A stretch of 64,000 nt of DNA from Eledone cirrhosa (lineage: Eukaryota): positions 194,866,001-194,930,000 of the forward strand of contig OZ024741.1 in assembly GCA_964016885.1 (NCBI GenBank). Direction: 5' to 3'. The notes under the pieces were generated by a model that worked only from the letters and a program-made list of their open reading frames with translations, made no database searches and was not told the DNA's origin. Numbering within the stretch: the first letter of the stretch is position 1; each line of letters begins with the position of its first letter. Made by a program: the position numbers and the translations under genes. Below, piece after piece: positions 1 through 13,890 of the stretch.

Positions 1-526
1 TTGAATAGGGAGATAGATAGAGCCGAGGTGATATTTCGAGTTTAGCAGCGGCTAATGGTTTGTAGTTACTTCGATGGTAACACAACGCTAGATTTGTTTC
101 CCTGTTAATAGACACTAAAGTCTGCTGCAATATATTTAGAGTTGGCAGTTATGAACTCTACATGAACATGAGGGGTCTCTGTCAATGATGCCCCATGTGA
201 TGTTGTGAAGGTCATTTCCTTGGTCCCGGGACACGAGGCTGAGTTTTCCATGCCGTGGTTGAACTGTTGGTGTGTGTGCGTTTCATTAGGATACCCAAGA
301 TAAATAATCGATGAGGTGAGCAACTCCAGCGACGCCATGCCCCCCCCCCTAATACCTTAAACAGTAGGTTCCCTTTTTTTGTTTCAAGAGAAGTCACCAT
401 GGAACAGAAATGACTTCTCCGGAAATTAACGTAATTGATTTAAATGAATATAAAATAGAAATACAGTGATGGCCGGATTGAGAAAGTCAAGCAAAACTCA
501 AGCATCTCTACATAGTGTAGTGTCAA

Positions 527-858
527 GGCGTGTGGCCTCGTGGTTAGGGTGTTGGACTTATAGTCATAATATCGAAGGTTCAATTCCTGGACCATGTAGT
601 GTAGTGCGTTGTGTCTTTGAGCAAGACACTTTATTTAACGTTGCTCCAGTCCACTCAGTTGACAAAAATGAGTTGTACCTGTAATTCGAAGGGCCAGCCT
701 TGTCACATACTGTGTCACGCTCAATCTCCTTGAGAACTACGTTAAGGGTACATATGTCTGTGGAATGCTCAGCCACTTGCATGTTAATTTCACGAGCAGG
801 TTGTTCCGTTGATCGTATCAACTGGAACATTCGTCGTCATAACTGACGGAGTACCAGT
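527..858 (+). mobile_element. tRNA-derived CORE-type SINE
   Basis: tRNA-like head (GGCGTGTGGCCTCGTGGTTAGGG ... GGTTCAATTCC) followed by CORE-like TGTGTCTTTGAGCAAGACACTT. The 3' tail is shared with copies at about 26080-26407 (-) and 27500-27760 (+). Confidence 0.75.
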
Positions 859-1284
859 TAGTTACATAGTGTAGTAATCAAGGACGTATGAAATGTTTGA
901 CGAGTACTTTGCTAGTATTCACACGCACACACACAGACGTATACACACGCACGCAGACATATATACACTCTCACACATAAAGACATTAAATACACATAAA
1001 ACAATTTTACTGTTCTACTGACATTTCATCAACCAATCAGATTTTTGGGGAGCGCATATCCGTGTATTGTTATCACGTTACCCTCCCCCCCTCAAGCACA
1101 CATTACTGAAGGGTTTTCCCTTTCTTCACGGATATCATTCTTTAAAGGAACAATATCATATTCTCTTCCAATATAGTTATTGTGTCATATGATTCTGATG
1201 TTTGCTATCAAATATCGTGACCACCATAGCTGATTACCTTCTGCTATCATTGGTATACCAGTAAATTGAAGAAGCGTGTGAAAG

Positions 1285-1490
1285 ACAGAATTGGTGGAGT
1301 GTCGGATAAAATGCCATTGCGGTATTAGTTTCGGCTCTTTACAGCCTCAATTCGAATCTCGTGAAGGGCAACTTTGCTTTTAATCCTTCCGAGGTCAATA
1401 TGATAAAATACCTTTCAAGTATTCTGGTTGATACAATAAATGTTGCCCTTCCCCCAAACTTGCTGGTCTTGTGTTTAAATTAGAAATCAG
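1285..1490 (+). mobile_element. tRNA-derived SINE family A, diverged copy
   Basis: Matches the window's dominant SINE (..GAATTGGTGGAGTGTCGG..TTCGAATC..ACTTTGCTTT..TGCTGGTCTTGTG..TAGAAA). Confidence 0.7.
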
Positions 1491-1984
1491 TATTTTATAA
1501 AGTCGGTAGTTTTATACACTGTTTTTTAAACTCTGATACAGTTTTTGTTGTTGTTATTGTTGTTGTTGTTTTTGCTTAGCAGCCCTGTGACTAAAAACAT
1601 TCTAGCTATGGATATCCTGTGTTTTTAGGTGTATATAGGACTGTATTATCTAATACATCGTTTTCCTATTGGAGATATTGGGGTATGATTTGAGTGGAAA
1701 TTGGCTGCTATTTCTTGAGACCGAGCGACAACGTATAGCGTGTTTCGATTTGCAAAACCCATCTGAATATTTGGGAAGAATAAGAATCTAATATTTTGTT
1801 TTATTAAAAAACATCAAAAACATTCGATGGGAATAAGATAACTAGTACATCGTTTTTATAAACAGGATCGATGTTTGAATATCTGTGTGGCATCAGTGTA
1901 AGGCCTTACAAAAAAAGCTGTACATATACTCTAGTGATATATATGTAAATATATGAAAGGCAAGATATAGTAAATTAAAAAAAT

Positions 1985-2497
1985 AAAACAAAGAGGAGAC
2001 ACAGAGGAGGGAAAATAGTCATTGAGAAGGTCACAAAATGTGTGACGAAAGAGCTTTGACAATCAAATATGACAATTAAAAAAAAACATCCGTTTATGAA
2101 ACTAACTGAGGAATGGATTAGTTACCTAGCTAAAAATTATTTCTCATATTGACACAAAGCCAGAACTTTGGGGAAAGTGAAAAGTTGATTATATGGACTC
2201 CAGTACTTACTGGTACCTTATTTTAACGATAGCAGAAGAACGAAAAGGCAAAGTGATCTTCGGTTAGATTTGAACACACAACAAAGAAACTGGTAATTAT
2301 ATATCACATAGTATTTTACTCGACACTCTACCGATATTGGAAATCCACTGCTCTCTACCTAACTAATAATAAAACCGAAGTGAAACTCAATTGATACGTC
2401 GGTTTTTATTGGCAGTATGGCCCTCACAAAGTATAACAATATTTCTTTCAACACATGATTTCACATCAAACCTTTTGCAAAACAACTACAAAAACGA
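1985..2497 (+). mobile_element. HHR-bearing PLE terminal fragment (same family as 26863-27291), interrupted by a minus-strand SINE at about 2140-2350
   Basis: GTCA-TTGAGAA-GGTCACA..TGTGAC-GAAA-GAGC-TT-TGAC at 2018-2060. 2400-2495 matches the end and tail of the 27 kb element. Confidence 0.65.
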
Positions 2498-3199
2498 AGT
2501 AAATATGATGTATTATTATTATTCTGAGTAGAAGAAAGACAACCTTTAAGAGAAGGATATTCCAAAGAATACTAGTGTCTTATTAAATTGATGAAATAAG
2601 GCACAGTCCTAAGTTGAAATTAATCAGCAATATCGTTGTTGTTTAGTCCACTGTTAGACTTCATTGAGCAGAGCTATGATCAAAGACGTTACTTCCAAGA
2701 ATTCCTCGTCTTTTTGTAAGTCCAGGTATACACTGTCCAATGTACCCTTGCTTTTCAAGATGGTAGGGTATAGTTTGAAGGGAAATCTGGTTATTATTTC
2801 TAACAGGTTGAGGAAGACTCGTCACCGAGTTTCGATGTAAGAGGTGGGGCATCCAAACTTCATGAGTAAACAATCTAATTGGCAATGATTCTAAAGCTTT
2901 AGTGTATATTAATTCCTTTTTTTTTACATATATCAGTGTTTCAGATTGTGAATTGGCAGAGTCGTTTGGGCATCGGAAATAGAATACTTTGCGGTATTAA
3001 TTCCGGGTAACTAGGCTTTGAGTTCAAATCCCAATTAGTTTTATCCTGAGTTGCTCTCATCCATCGATTTCGACTACGCGAATTTGTTCCTCTTGGTCTC
3101 CATTCTGCCCATAGCTTTGTCCATCTGTTGTCATTAGTTCGTGCCACATGTCCTGTCTTTTTCCATTTTCATTTCTTAATATTAAGTTAATATTGACAT

Positions 3200-3615
3200 G
3201 GGTTGGGGATAAGCAGAACGTTAGATAAAATGCTACTGAAGTATTTTTCTGGCTCTTGACAATCTTAATTCAAATCCCGCCGCGGTCAACTTTTGGGGTC
3301 AATAAAAATACCAGTCAAAACAGGTTGATTTAATTAACCTTGTCCTTTCCCCAAATTTGCTGGCCTTGTGCTTAAATTAGAAATCAATATTATTCCCGAG
3401 GTGATGAGGATTGACAGAATTGGTAGAGCGTCGAATAAAAAGTGATTGAGTTATTTGTTTTGGCTCTTTCCACTCTGAGTTCAAATCACGAGGTTAGCTT
3501 TGCCTTTCATCCTTCCAAGATTGATAAAATATAGTCAGTCAAAACTGTGGGGTTGATTTAATCCACTTTGCCCTTACCCAAAGTTGCTGCCCTTGCGCAT
3601 AAAATCGAAATAATT
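3200..3615 (+). mobile_element. Two adjacent diverged SINE family A copies
   Basis: Two TTCAAATC..GGTYARCTTT..TTGCTGSCCTTGYGC units. Confidence 0.65.
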
Positions 3616-5159
3616 ATTAATAATAACTAACACAAATATTGCATTTATGAAAGATGCTTTAAAATAATTGTAATCTTATGGCAGAAACTAAATCTCTGTT
3701 TAGTTTTCTTGTGTAGTTATCCATGAATGCAAGTATGATTGTGTAAGTATATAATCAGAGTATAGAAGGCTAACTCAAGAAACATTGCATACACTTTGTA
3801 GATATCTGGAATTTGTAGATTCCGAAATGGACATAGTGAAGTACATCAACTTATAAGATACGTTTTAAAAAATGTAGTATTTGGCAACGCATAGTTCATT
3901 GTGAAATGAGCTGCCCAAGGAGTATGCTAACAGGTTCATACATAAGATAAATTTGAAACTTCTAAGAATGCTCTGATTCATGAAACAAAACTTCTATGTC
4001 TGCAAACATCTTTGTGTTGCGTTCATTAAAGCGTCTTTCGAGTTCTCCAATTTAGTTATCATTTAGTTGATAGCATTACAATTATTTCAAATGAAGGTAT
4101 TTTCATCCCTGAGCGTTGACATTAATATCGATGACTGTGTAACATATTATGGAATGCATGCATAGAGAAATAGCGTAATCTTCTCAATTAAATTGAGATG
4201 ATGTTCTTAAATTCTTCCTTGATTATTCTTATCTCATAGCGGCGAATTACCGGCGTCCTTAGAATGCTTTGCAGCATTCATTCCGATTCTGATTCTCTGC
4301 TTTCTGAGTTCAAATTCCTCCGAGGTCAACTCTGCCATTCATTTCTTCGAAGTCGATAAATAAGATACCAGTACTGTAGTAGATTCTTACTCCATATATC
4401 TTTCTTATTTCTTCTCTATCACTCACTCCCCTTCTCTGGAAGAAATGGGTTGTGTTTAGACCTAGAGAAGTGATGGGTGTTGCCAAATTTAAAATGTGAC
4501 CAAGAAGACACCCCTACGATTCCACCAGGAGTTACGGGTCCACACGTACATACATAAATACAGCTGCTTGAATTCTGATGTTTATTGCAGAAATGTTGTG
4601 TTCCACGTGCCGAAGCATTCATCCTCTATCTATTCATGATAGGAAAGTATAGGGGTTACATGTCTTGACTGTCGTTGTTTCAATAAATACTTCAAATCTA
4701 TAGTTTTGTATTCAGTAAACAACGTTGGTCTACGTAGAAAGTTGTAAATATCTCTACATATAAACAAACAAACAAACAAACAAAACAATTGAATGTCACT
4801 AATCTCCTTAATTGTGTGAATTATAACCAAAAGCAACTGATGATTGAAGTAGTGCATATACAGGATTTCCTTTCCAATTTTCTGTCGGTGCAGCCAGACA
4901 TTACAGAGGCGCCATCATGTCACAGGGATATAATATTTTCTAGTTTTAATTTAGCATCCTCAACACTTTAAATAATAGCATTAGTCAAATTTTCAGTGTT
5001 CAGGTCTGGTCAAACAGCCAGGCTTTCTGACATGGCTCTCGTTTTTCGAAACACTACAATTATTGAGATACTTTAGAAATCTTTAGAAATTATATTTCTT
5101 CGGATAAACATTCTCTAAAATACTTCATATTTTACAACAGCTCACTCTATATGATATAG

Positions 5160-5640
5160 AGTATCACTCTATATCATATAGTACATCCCCATATTACACC
5201 GTACCATTGCATATCGCAGTGTACTGCTCTATATAACTCTATGTCACTCCATAACACAACATCCCATTTCACATCATGCCACTTCATACGACTTCATACC
5301 ACTCTACAACACTTCATTTCACACCGCACCACTCCATACGACAACACAACTCTCCATTCCACACCGTAACACTTCATACCACTTCGCATTACACCACAAC
5401 ACGCTATTTCATAGCATACCACTCTATACTACACCATGACATCCAATGTCATACAATACTAACACACATCACGCATTACCAACATTACAACTCTGCTTCA
5501 CTCAGTGTCAGCCTACACCACACCACATAATGTCACCCTGCACCACAACACACAATACTACTCCTCACCACACTGTACACACCCACACACACTACACAAT
5601 ACTACTCCACACCACCCAGTGTCACTCCACATACATAACT
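5160..5640. repeat. Degenerate ~5-mer (CACAC/TACAC) low-complexity tandem repeat
   Basis: Roughly 5-nt periodicity visible; this explains the His/Thr-rich ORFs here. Confidence 0.7.
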
Positions 5641-5854
5641 CGTGCCTCTACCCGATCGATCGACCAGCAAGAAATAGCAACCACATTCTGTGAAATAATC
5701 TACCGTTAAAAAAAGAGACACATTTGACAATACGGATGGCAACTTGGAAAGTGTTTGGTTATTATATCCATTGCAGAAGAGCTGGGTTAAACAATAACAA
5801 TCTACACCACACAGTACCTCTGAATATTATGCTATACCACCGTGCTATTAAGAT

Positions 5855-6062
5855 GGGGGATTGGCAGAATTGGTAGAGCGTCGGATAAAACGGTATTGTG
5901 CTGTTTATTCTGGCTCTTAATATTCTGAGTTCAAATCCCACCGAGGTTAACTTTGTATTTCGTGGTCGATAACACATAATACCTGTTAAGTATCGGAGTT
6001 GATTTAATCAACATTGCCCTTACCACAAATTTACTGGCCTTGTGCCTAAATTAGAAATCAAT
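5855..6062 (+). mobile_element. SINE family A
   Basis: GGATTGGCAGAATTGGTAGAGCGTCGG..GAGTTCAAATCCC..GGCCTTGTGCCTAAATTAGAAA. Confidence 0.75.
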
Positions 6063-6141
6063 ATTATGCACTATCACACCAATAACCAAATTACATCTCA
6101 TCATTTGAAACAAGCGCTATTTTCTACATGTTCAGCTACAC

Positions 6142-6286
6142 CAGGCATGGGCAACGTTTGTCAAGCAGTGAGTCACATAGGATGTGGCTCATCACAAGGA
6201 AGGCAACACTACTAAAAATTCAAGGCAATTTTGAAATTCGTCGTGCCATTCTGAAAGCCAAACGGGCCGCAGTTTGACCGTGACTT
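6142..6286. mobile_element. hAT-type MITE
   Basis: Starts CAGGCATGGGCAAC, ends with a degenerate TIR after GGGCCGCAGTTTG. Exact 8-bp TSD AGCTACAC at 6134-6141 and 6287-6294. Confidence 0.65.
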
Positions 6287-7070
6287 AGCTACACTATCTA
6301 ACCGATACACACTTGAAGCTATTCTCCCGGTATTATCGAGGTTAACGTTGCCTTTCATCATTACGGGGTCGATAAAATAAAGCACCAGTAATACACTGAG
6401 ATAATTGCTGGTCTTTTGCCAAAAGTAGAAACAATTATTTCTAGTGTTCAGCCACAGTGGTAAGAAACTCTCAGGAAAGCTGGACAGCAGAAGGTCTTCA
6501 GAGAAGAAACCCAACTTAAGTAAATGTTTCGGCCCTTAACTTCTTAAACACTAAGGGGACCGGGCCGCATCCAGGTCATGACACCCGAATGCTCTGCAGT
6601 AGACATTTAGCCATTTGGAAATCAGAGACTTGTGTATTTAAACCGTATGGAGATTTTGTTGACAATATCTAGTTGGAATTCGTTTCCGTTGCTTCTGCTT
6701 TCAAACTTATATTTAAACGTTTTCTTGACTTTGGAAAACTAGCTTGAAGCTATTCTCCCGGTATAATTTTCTAGCGTTCAGTTGAAGCTATTCTCCCGGT
6801 ATTACTTTCTAAAGTGTCCAGCTATAGTATTTAATCGATACAAACTTAAAGCAATTCGCCTGGTATTGATTTCCTCTTAGTCACAGATTGCAAAGAGTAA
6901 TATAAAAATATAGGTGATGTGTTAAAAGGTGTGGCACACTTACTGCCATGTCTAGCATGTCTCCCGTGTCTGTCGTAGCTGTCGTGGCTGCTGCACACTC
7001 ACTTTACCCTTAATCTGTTACGGATTCACTTCACTGATTTTATTCATCGTAATCAGGGTCACACACAGAT

Positions 7071-7227
<157 letters not shown>

Positions 7228-7350
7228 CATAGCTACATGAACACATATACAGACACGCACGTACACCTACACCTACACACACACATGTATCGTTGTTCTC
7301 TGCCAATAAACTCCACCACAGGTTGTCGTTGACTTCAGTTTTATTACCAA

Positions 7351-8023
7351 CTAGCATTAAAGCCCGGCGTTGCTCGGGGTCAGTAAATTACCAAAGTTAG
7401 GTACACCATCCATTTTATGGCAGCATTTTTTTTGTCTGCCAGGCACTGGGTGAATGAATTGCAGACCTGGACTGCCGAAGCAGGAGTTGCGCCAGCAGTG
7501 ACAATTGTAGTTTCGCCTATGGATATTATATCTGTGCAAAGAAGTGTTAAAATTTATTGTTTCACAGTACTTGCGCAACACGCGCGTAGACGATGCCAGC
7601 CGAACAACAGAACTGCGATGGAATTGTTCTGCGTGGTTGTCTAATGTGTGTTTTCTAAAGTTAAGACAGTAGGGAGGGGTGTGATATGGGGGAGAGTTAG
7701 CTGTTGTTTCTAGCAGGTTTAGTGACCTCATAGAGGATATGTGTTTTCTAAATTTAAGACAGTAGGGAGGGGGTGTGATATGAGGGAGATTTAGCTGCTG
7801 TTTCTAGCAAGTTTAGTGACCTCATAGAGGATATTATTGTGTATAGTAAATAAACTGATACTTCTTTCTTCCACGTTCGTTGAGAGATTTTTTTGTTGTT
7901 GTTGAATAAATTTATCTGTTGCATTTGAATAATTGTTGTTTCGTATGAAATGTAATAAGTTCTTTTTGTCATTGAAGTAAATAAATGTTTGACCGTTCCA
8001 TACTCAAAAACAAACGTTCTCTC

Positions 8024-8060
<37 letters not shown>

Positions 8061-8347
8061 TCTTTCCTCGGCGTTCCTAAAGGAAGTTTGTAAGTTTAAG
8101 CGTATATAAAAGAAAGTTGCAGCATATATGTAGTTTTATCGAATTTTAAGGTGAGTAGAGAGAGGTAAATCAGATTGTATTAGAGGGGTAAAGCGTCATG
8201 TATTTAGTTTTATCGATTATTTCCGTAATTGTGGGTGAGTTTGAAATAAATAAATAGTCGTTGACCTATGTTAGACCATTTACAACATTCTTACAGACTT
8301 TGAGTAGAATCGGTTTGAAATTGTGTAAATGTATAAATATGGAACAT

Positions 8348-8388
<41 letters not shown>

Positions 8389-8416
8389 ACAACAATCTGC
8401 CTTTTATAGATAATGA
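7351..8416 (-). mobile_element. Non-autonomous Helitron
   Basis: Minus strand begins A|TCATTATCTATAAAAGG followed by (TG)n, and ends with hairpin CCCGAGCAACGCCGGG then CTAG|T. This is the canonical TC...CTAG inserted at an AT site with no TSD. Confidence 0.75.
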
Positions 8417-8690
8417 TTAATTAGTGGTCAAGCCTGCTGCAGTGGAGACTACGGGGTTTCTTGGCCCCGGGACCACATCCCTACTCACTGCTATTGGGAT
8501 AGAGATGGTTACTCGTAAGTTCAAGCTCGTGAGTTTCATGTAGGATAATAATAATATTCGAATGCATTTACGTAACCGCTATGTTAGAGCAAGCAACTAA
8601 ATTCTAATTTTGTTTTTAATTTTCAGCAAAACCAGCCGTAAAATCGCTCGGTATCCAAATTATGCTAATCAGCCGATGTATACTTTAGAA

Positions 8691-8891
8691 CAGGCTTGTC
8701 AAACTTGCGGCCCTTTACATGCAAACATGCGGCCCGCACAAAGGTTTTTATAGCGCGAGTATGTTTTATCTTCGTAATATAAAATAAAAAAAATGTGTTG
8801 TAATGTGCGCAATTAGTTGTCATGTGTGGCCCTCAGACAACACGTATGTGACCCATGTGGCCCTCTGGGGACCCTCAGTTTGACATTCGTG
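8691..8891. mobile_element. hAT/Charlie-type MITE
   Basis: TIRs CAGGCTTGTCAAAC / GTTTGACATTCGTG, internal GCGGCCC motifs, 8-bp TSD CTTTAGAA / CTTTAGAG. Confidence 0.75.
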
Positions 8892-9092
8892 CTTTAGAGA
8901 ATACTATATATTGTCAAGAGCTCTAGTGAGTAACAGAAGAGAAATATAGAGTCTTGACAAAGGGGGATAACCCAGAAACAATATTATTGTCGATTGTTTT
9001 TCTCTACCACCGCTAGAACAAAAGGATGGTGATGGCCATCTAAAAACATAGAGGCTGCTTGCATGCAACGAATCGAATATTATTATTATTCT

Positions 9093-9276
9093 GGTGGATT
9101 GGCAGTATTGATAGAGGGTCGGACGCCATGCTTTGACGTATAGAGTTACGGCCCTTGCCATTCTGAGTTCAAATCCCGCCGAGGTTAACTTTGCCTTTCA
9201 TCCTTACGGGGTCGATAAAATAAAGTACCAGTAATGCACTGAGTAATTGCTGGCCTTGTGCCTAACGTAGAAACAA
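9093..9276 (+). mobile_element. SINE family A, young copy
   Basis: Full unit with TSD ATTATTATTCT. An inverted diverged copy follows at about 9335-9480. Confidence 0.85.
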
Positions 9277-10365
9277 TTATTATTCTACAAATACTCACGA
9301 ATGCAGAAATAATAATAAATAAAATAATGATTTGTACTATAGGCTCAAGGCCAGTAATTTTGGGGAGGGGAAAGTCGATTAAATCGACCCAGTACGTTAC
9401 TGGTGCTTTATTTTAAAGACCGTAACTTTATGCTGCAAAGCATGGTGTCCGACTCTCTATCGATACTGCCAACCCCCCGCTCTAGTATATAAAATAATAA
9501 TAATTCTTTATTATTATTTTTCTTCTATAAATAATCAATTAGATAATTAACAAATGAATTATTAATTATTTAATTGGTTGGTGAAAGTTCCTTCGTTCCA
9601 GCTTCTTGACCCTGTGTATGACGTGCTCTTTACACATCTCTATTTTATCATCTATTTTATCATCCACTCCTTATTCTGTACTGGCATCACGTAGTATAAT
9701 CCAATACAAACATGTGAGGCGCACATCGTCATCCATAAGGTCACAGACTTTATTTTAATTAATTATTAACTATAGCTATTTTATTATTTTTTTCTTGTTT
9801 TGAATATGTTTTTTTAAAAATTTTATGTCAACTATATTTTACAAACAAAAGTTATACAATGATGCAAATATTAAAACAAAGATAAAAACAAAATTAAGTA
9901 GCGAAAAAATGTGGGGAAGGGGTAAAGCAGAGCAGATCTGGCTGTATAGGAGAATGAAATAAAAGACTATAAATACCATAAATGAAAAGAAAAGGAGGGA
10001 AATAGCAAGGACTATTAGGCAACGGAAAAAGAGGCGGGGAGGGGAGGAGGGAGAAGATGGAGAAGGGGAGAGGTCGGAACGGTGTTTCGACTGCGCCCTG
10101 TGAACAAAACTGAAGTGAAACACAGCTTATTGATAGCCATGATGATCCTTTATATAATGTAATGATCCACAATAAACATTGTGTAGGAGGATCTGGAAGA
10201 GGTGTGGTACGAGGAAAAAGTATGTAGATATGAATGTATGGGTCTTTTCATGCAGTAGTAGTGTTGGTGTGTGTTTTCAAATGAGGTGCATCGGCTGCAT
10301 TTGGCAAGGGAGCATTTGTTGCATGGATGCGCGTGTATAGATACATACATACATGTATACATACA

Positions 10366-10950
10366 TGGTGGCTGCCAACTCGTTTTCGAGTACGGCCACT
10401 ACTTTATATCCATGTAGGAGAACCCCTACCGATGTGCTGAACAAGTGTGACTTTTTAGTCCAGCCAGCAACTTGAAAACTCTGGTACAAACACTACACCT
10501 GTGACAATTATTGACACATGGTGCTGGGCCCATGGTACCATGTGACGACAAGTGTAGAGAGATCTCCAGATATAAAGAAATGCCTGTGCCGTGAAGCTTT
10601 TATAAAAAGCCAGTCCCACTCTCTTAACCAAGATGATATTTACCAAAAAGAAGAACAAGTCAACATCATTGGATACCATCAGGGTTGCAGGTGTTATATC
10701 AGAGTTTTCCTTCTCCTAGAATTCTGCCTTGACAAAGGATAAGGGATCATCTCTCCCGGTGATTTTGGATGGCCATTGACTCTTAAGAGCTCCTTTGACA
10801 GGTTTTGTTTTTAGTCCTGCAGGATGTCCAAAGTCACCCTCCTCACCAAGAAACCTTGGTGGGGTTGCCAGTTTAGTCGCCAACGACCAGACCATGAGAC
10901 AGATTGTACTGGGATACATGTTACCAGTAGCACCAACTGGTGACCTGACA
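10366..10950 (+). mobile_element. Non-coding defined-end element in (CATA)n (element X, copy 1)
   Basis: Both termini and several internal blocks are shared with 20653-21181 in reverse orientation. Flanked by CATA repeats. Strand given relative to the Dong elements. Confidence 0.65.
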
Positions 10951-10998
10951 CACATACATACATACATACATACATACATACATACATACATACATACA

Positions 10999-11034
<36 letters not shown>

Positions 11035-11112
11035 TATATACATTTATGCATACATACAAACATACGTACATTTATACATACATACATTTATACATACATA
11101 CATTTATACATA

Positions 11113-11299
11113 CTTGGATTTGCGGACAAAGAGCGCAGCTCCCTAATTCATAGTCTACAAATGGCTGCGATAGCTGGCGCCTTCAAAATTTGCAAAACAT
11201 TCTTGCGATTCAAGGGATGACAATTTCTCTTCTTTTACAACCTTGCCACCAGGAAGGTGGCCGGTCAAAAATATACTCGAAATTAAGAGAAAGAGATAA
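11113..11299 (+). mobile_element. 3' end fragment of R4/Dong-type LINE (family B)
   Basis: Encodes LGFADKERSSLIHSLQMAAIAGAFKICKTFLRFKG* and a 3' UTR nearly identical to 19746-19930 (-). Flanked by (CATA)n. Confidence 0.85.
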
Positions 11300-11840
11300 C
11301 ATACATATGTACGTACGTACGTTCATATATACATGCATACATACATACATACATACTTACATATAAATATACATACATACAAACATGCATACAATCATAC
11401 ATACATACATATGTATATATGCATATATACATATGTACGTACGTACATACATACATACATATATATATACATACATACACACATTTATACATACATGCAT
11501 ATGTACGTACGTGCGTTAATAAATATATGCATACAAAACATACATACTTACATATAAATATATATACATACTTACATATAAATATACATACATATACACA
11601 TGCATGCATAAATACATACATACATACATTTATACATACATACATATGTACCTACGTACATACATACATACATATATGCATACATATATACATATATGCA
11701 TACATACATACATACATACATACATACATACATACATACATACATACATACATACATACATCCATCCATACATACGTACATACAAACATACATACGTTTA
11801 TACAAACACACATACTTACATATAAATATACATACATTCA
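11300..11840. repeat. Degenerate (CATA)n microsatellite
   Basis: Seen directly. Confidence 0.95.
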
Positions 11841-12299
11841 TTTAGAGCGCTAGCTATCTCTCTTTTTATATATGTGTCAGGCTACGCTTCAATTCACAGT
11901 TGCCACCAGCATAAGTTAAATATATCACGAAATTTATAAAAAAAAAAAAAAATAGAGATCTACAAACTTTATTTGATAGAAACATCACTGTTGAAAGCCT
12001 ACTAACAATGCACCTGGTTGATTCCAAACATCTACAGAGGTCACACTGCATTGACATAACATCTATCATAATATCTAAGTTTAGAATTTTGTAAAGTTTA
12101 GCTTAAGGCGATCAACTGGTAGAATCGTTAAAACGTTGGATAGAATACTTTGAGGCATTCGTTCTGGCTCAATGCGCTCTCTGAGTTCAAATGTCAGTGA
12201 GGTCAACTTTGCCTTTCTTTATTCTGAAGTAGATAAACTAAAGTACCAGTGAAGTTCTGCTATCGATAAAATCTCTACCCACCAACTCCATAAAAAAAA

Positions 12300-13045
12300 A
12301 AATTTGAAGACTCGCTTCAATAAAATGAAGAGGCATCAATTTCCCACCACTTGCAACAGCTCCAAAGACCATAATGGAAGCCGGATTCATGCTATGCATA
12401 GCTGAAGGAACTTGGGAAGGGTCGTATGCTATCACTATGTGTTTTGATGGTTTACAACTTCGTCTACCACGAACTTCTTTTCATCCACGAAGATGCGGAC
12501 CTCTCTGCCATGATGTTTCAGATGACTTAGAAGTTTGGGACTTCTTTCAGCTCGAATCACTTTAGAGCAGGCAGTTGGGATGTTACTGGATTTCCTCACA
12601 TACGATTTTGTATTGAGATCTTGTCTCACAGTTCTAGAAATTGTCATTTTACTGATTCCTTGATCTTGAACCGACTTCGCCATCGATTTTGATGGATTCG
12701 ACTCAATCGATCTTTTAAATACTGCTAAGAAGTGAGGTGTGAGTTTACGGTCATTGCGAGGATTGTGAGGCTTTCTCTGAACATGCTGACTTTTCTTCAA
12801 ATAGGCTACAACTCTAAAAACAATAGATTTGGCATACTTTGTGGCTCTAACAATCTCCCCAGCACTTCGGCATAATTCGGCAATTACACTTCTACGGTTT
12901 AATTCTTTATTAACTTTCATAATTTGTTCAATCTAAAATAAAAAATAGTACAAGTTATTATTCAAGCTGGTAGCATTTAAAATTTAGACTCCAACAAAAT
13001 CTATACAATTAGAAATATACCCATTTGAAACTTATCCCAATTTAC
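12300..13045 (-). mobile_element. Truncated Tc1/mariner transposon (maT/DD37D-like transposase pseudogene)
   Basis: ORF 12435-12920 has an HTH-like N-terminus and IFVDEKKFVVD..N.QN. The frameshifted continuation reads PASIMVFGAVASGGKLMPLHF. The rest of the catalytic domain is missing. Confidence 0.8.
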
Positions 13046-13057
13046 CTATATATATAC

Positions 13058-13422
<365 letters not shown>

Positions 13423-13522
13423 GATATTAAACAAATGGAAACTATATTTATAAAACCATATTTATTTCATTATACATATTTCAGGGATACCATATTAACC
13501 CAACAATTTTAAATAAAACTTT

Positions 13523-13565
<43 letters not shown>

Positions 13566-13707
13566 GTGTGTGTGTGTGTGTGTGTGTGTATGGGCAAGTA
13601 ACTCTTGATGGAGTCGTCAGGGTGCCGAAGTGACATGCAGCATGTTTTGGGGATTTTAAACCTGTCTACTCACTTCTCTCTCCTTCTCTCTCTCGCATTC
13701 ACACAAA

Positions 13708-13890
<183 letters not shown>

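Noticed and set aside
105-338. 77-aa ORF at the window start
   Set aside because: No recognisable domain. It may be the 5' part of a LINE continuing outside the window, but I cannot support that from this sequence.
10070-10140. Minus-strand hairpin followed by GAAAC-ACC-GTT
   Set aside because: No recognisable CUGANGA box or stem I. At most a very decayed PLE end.
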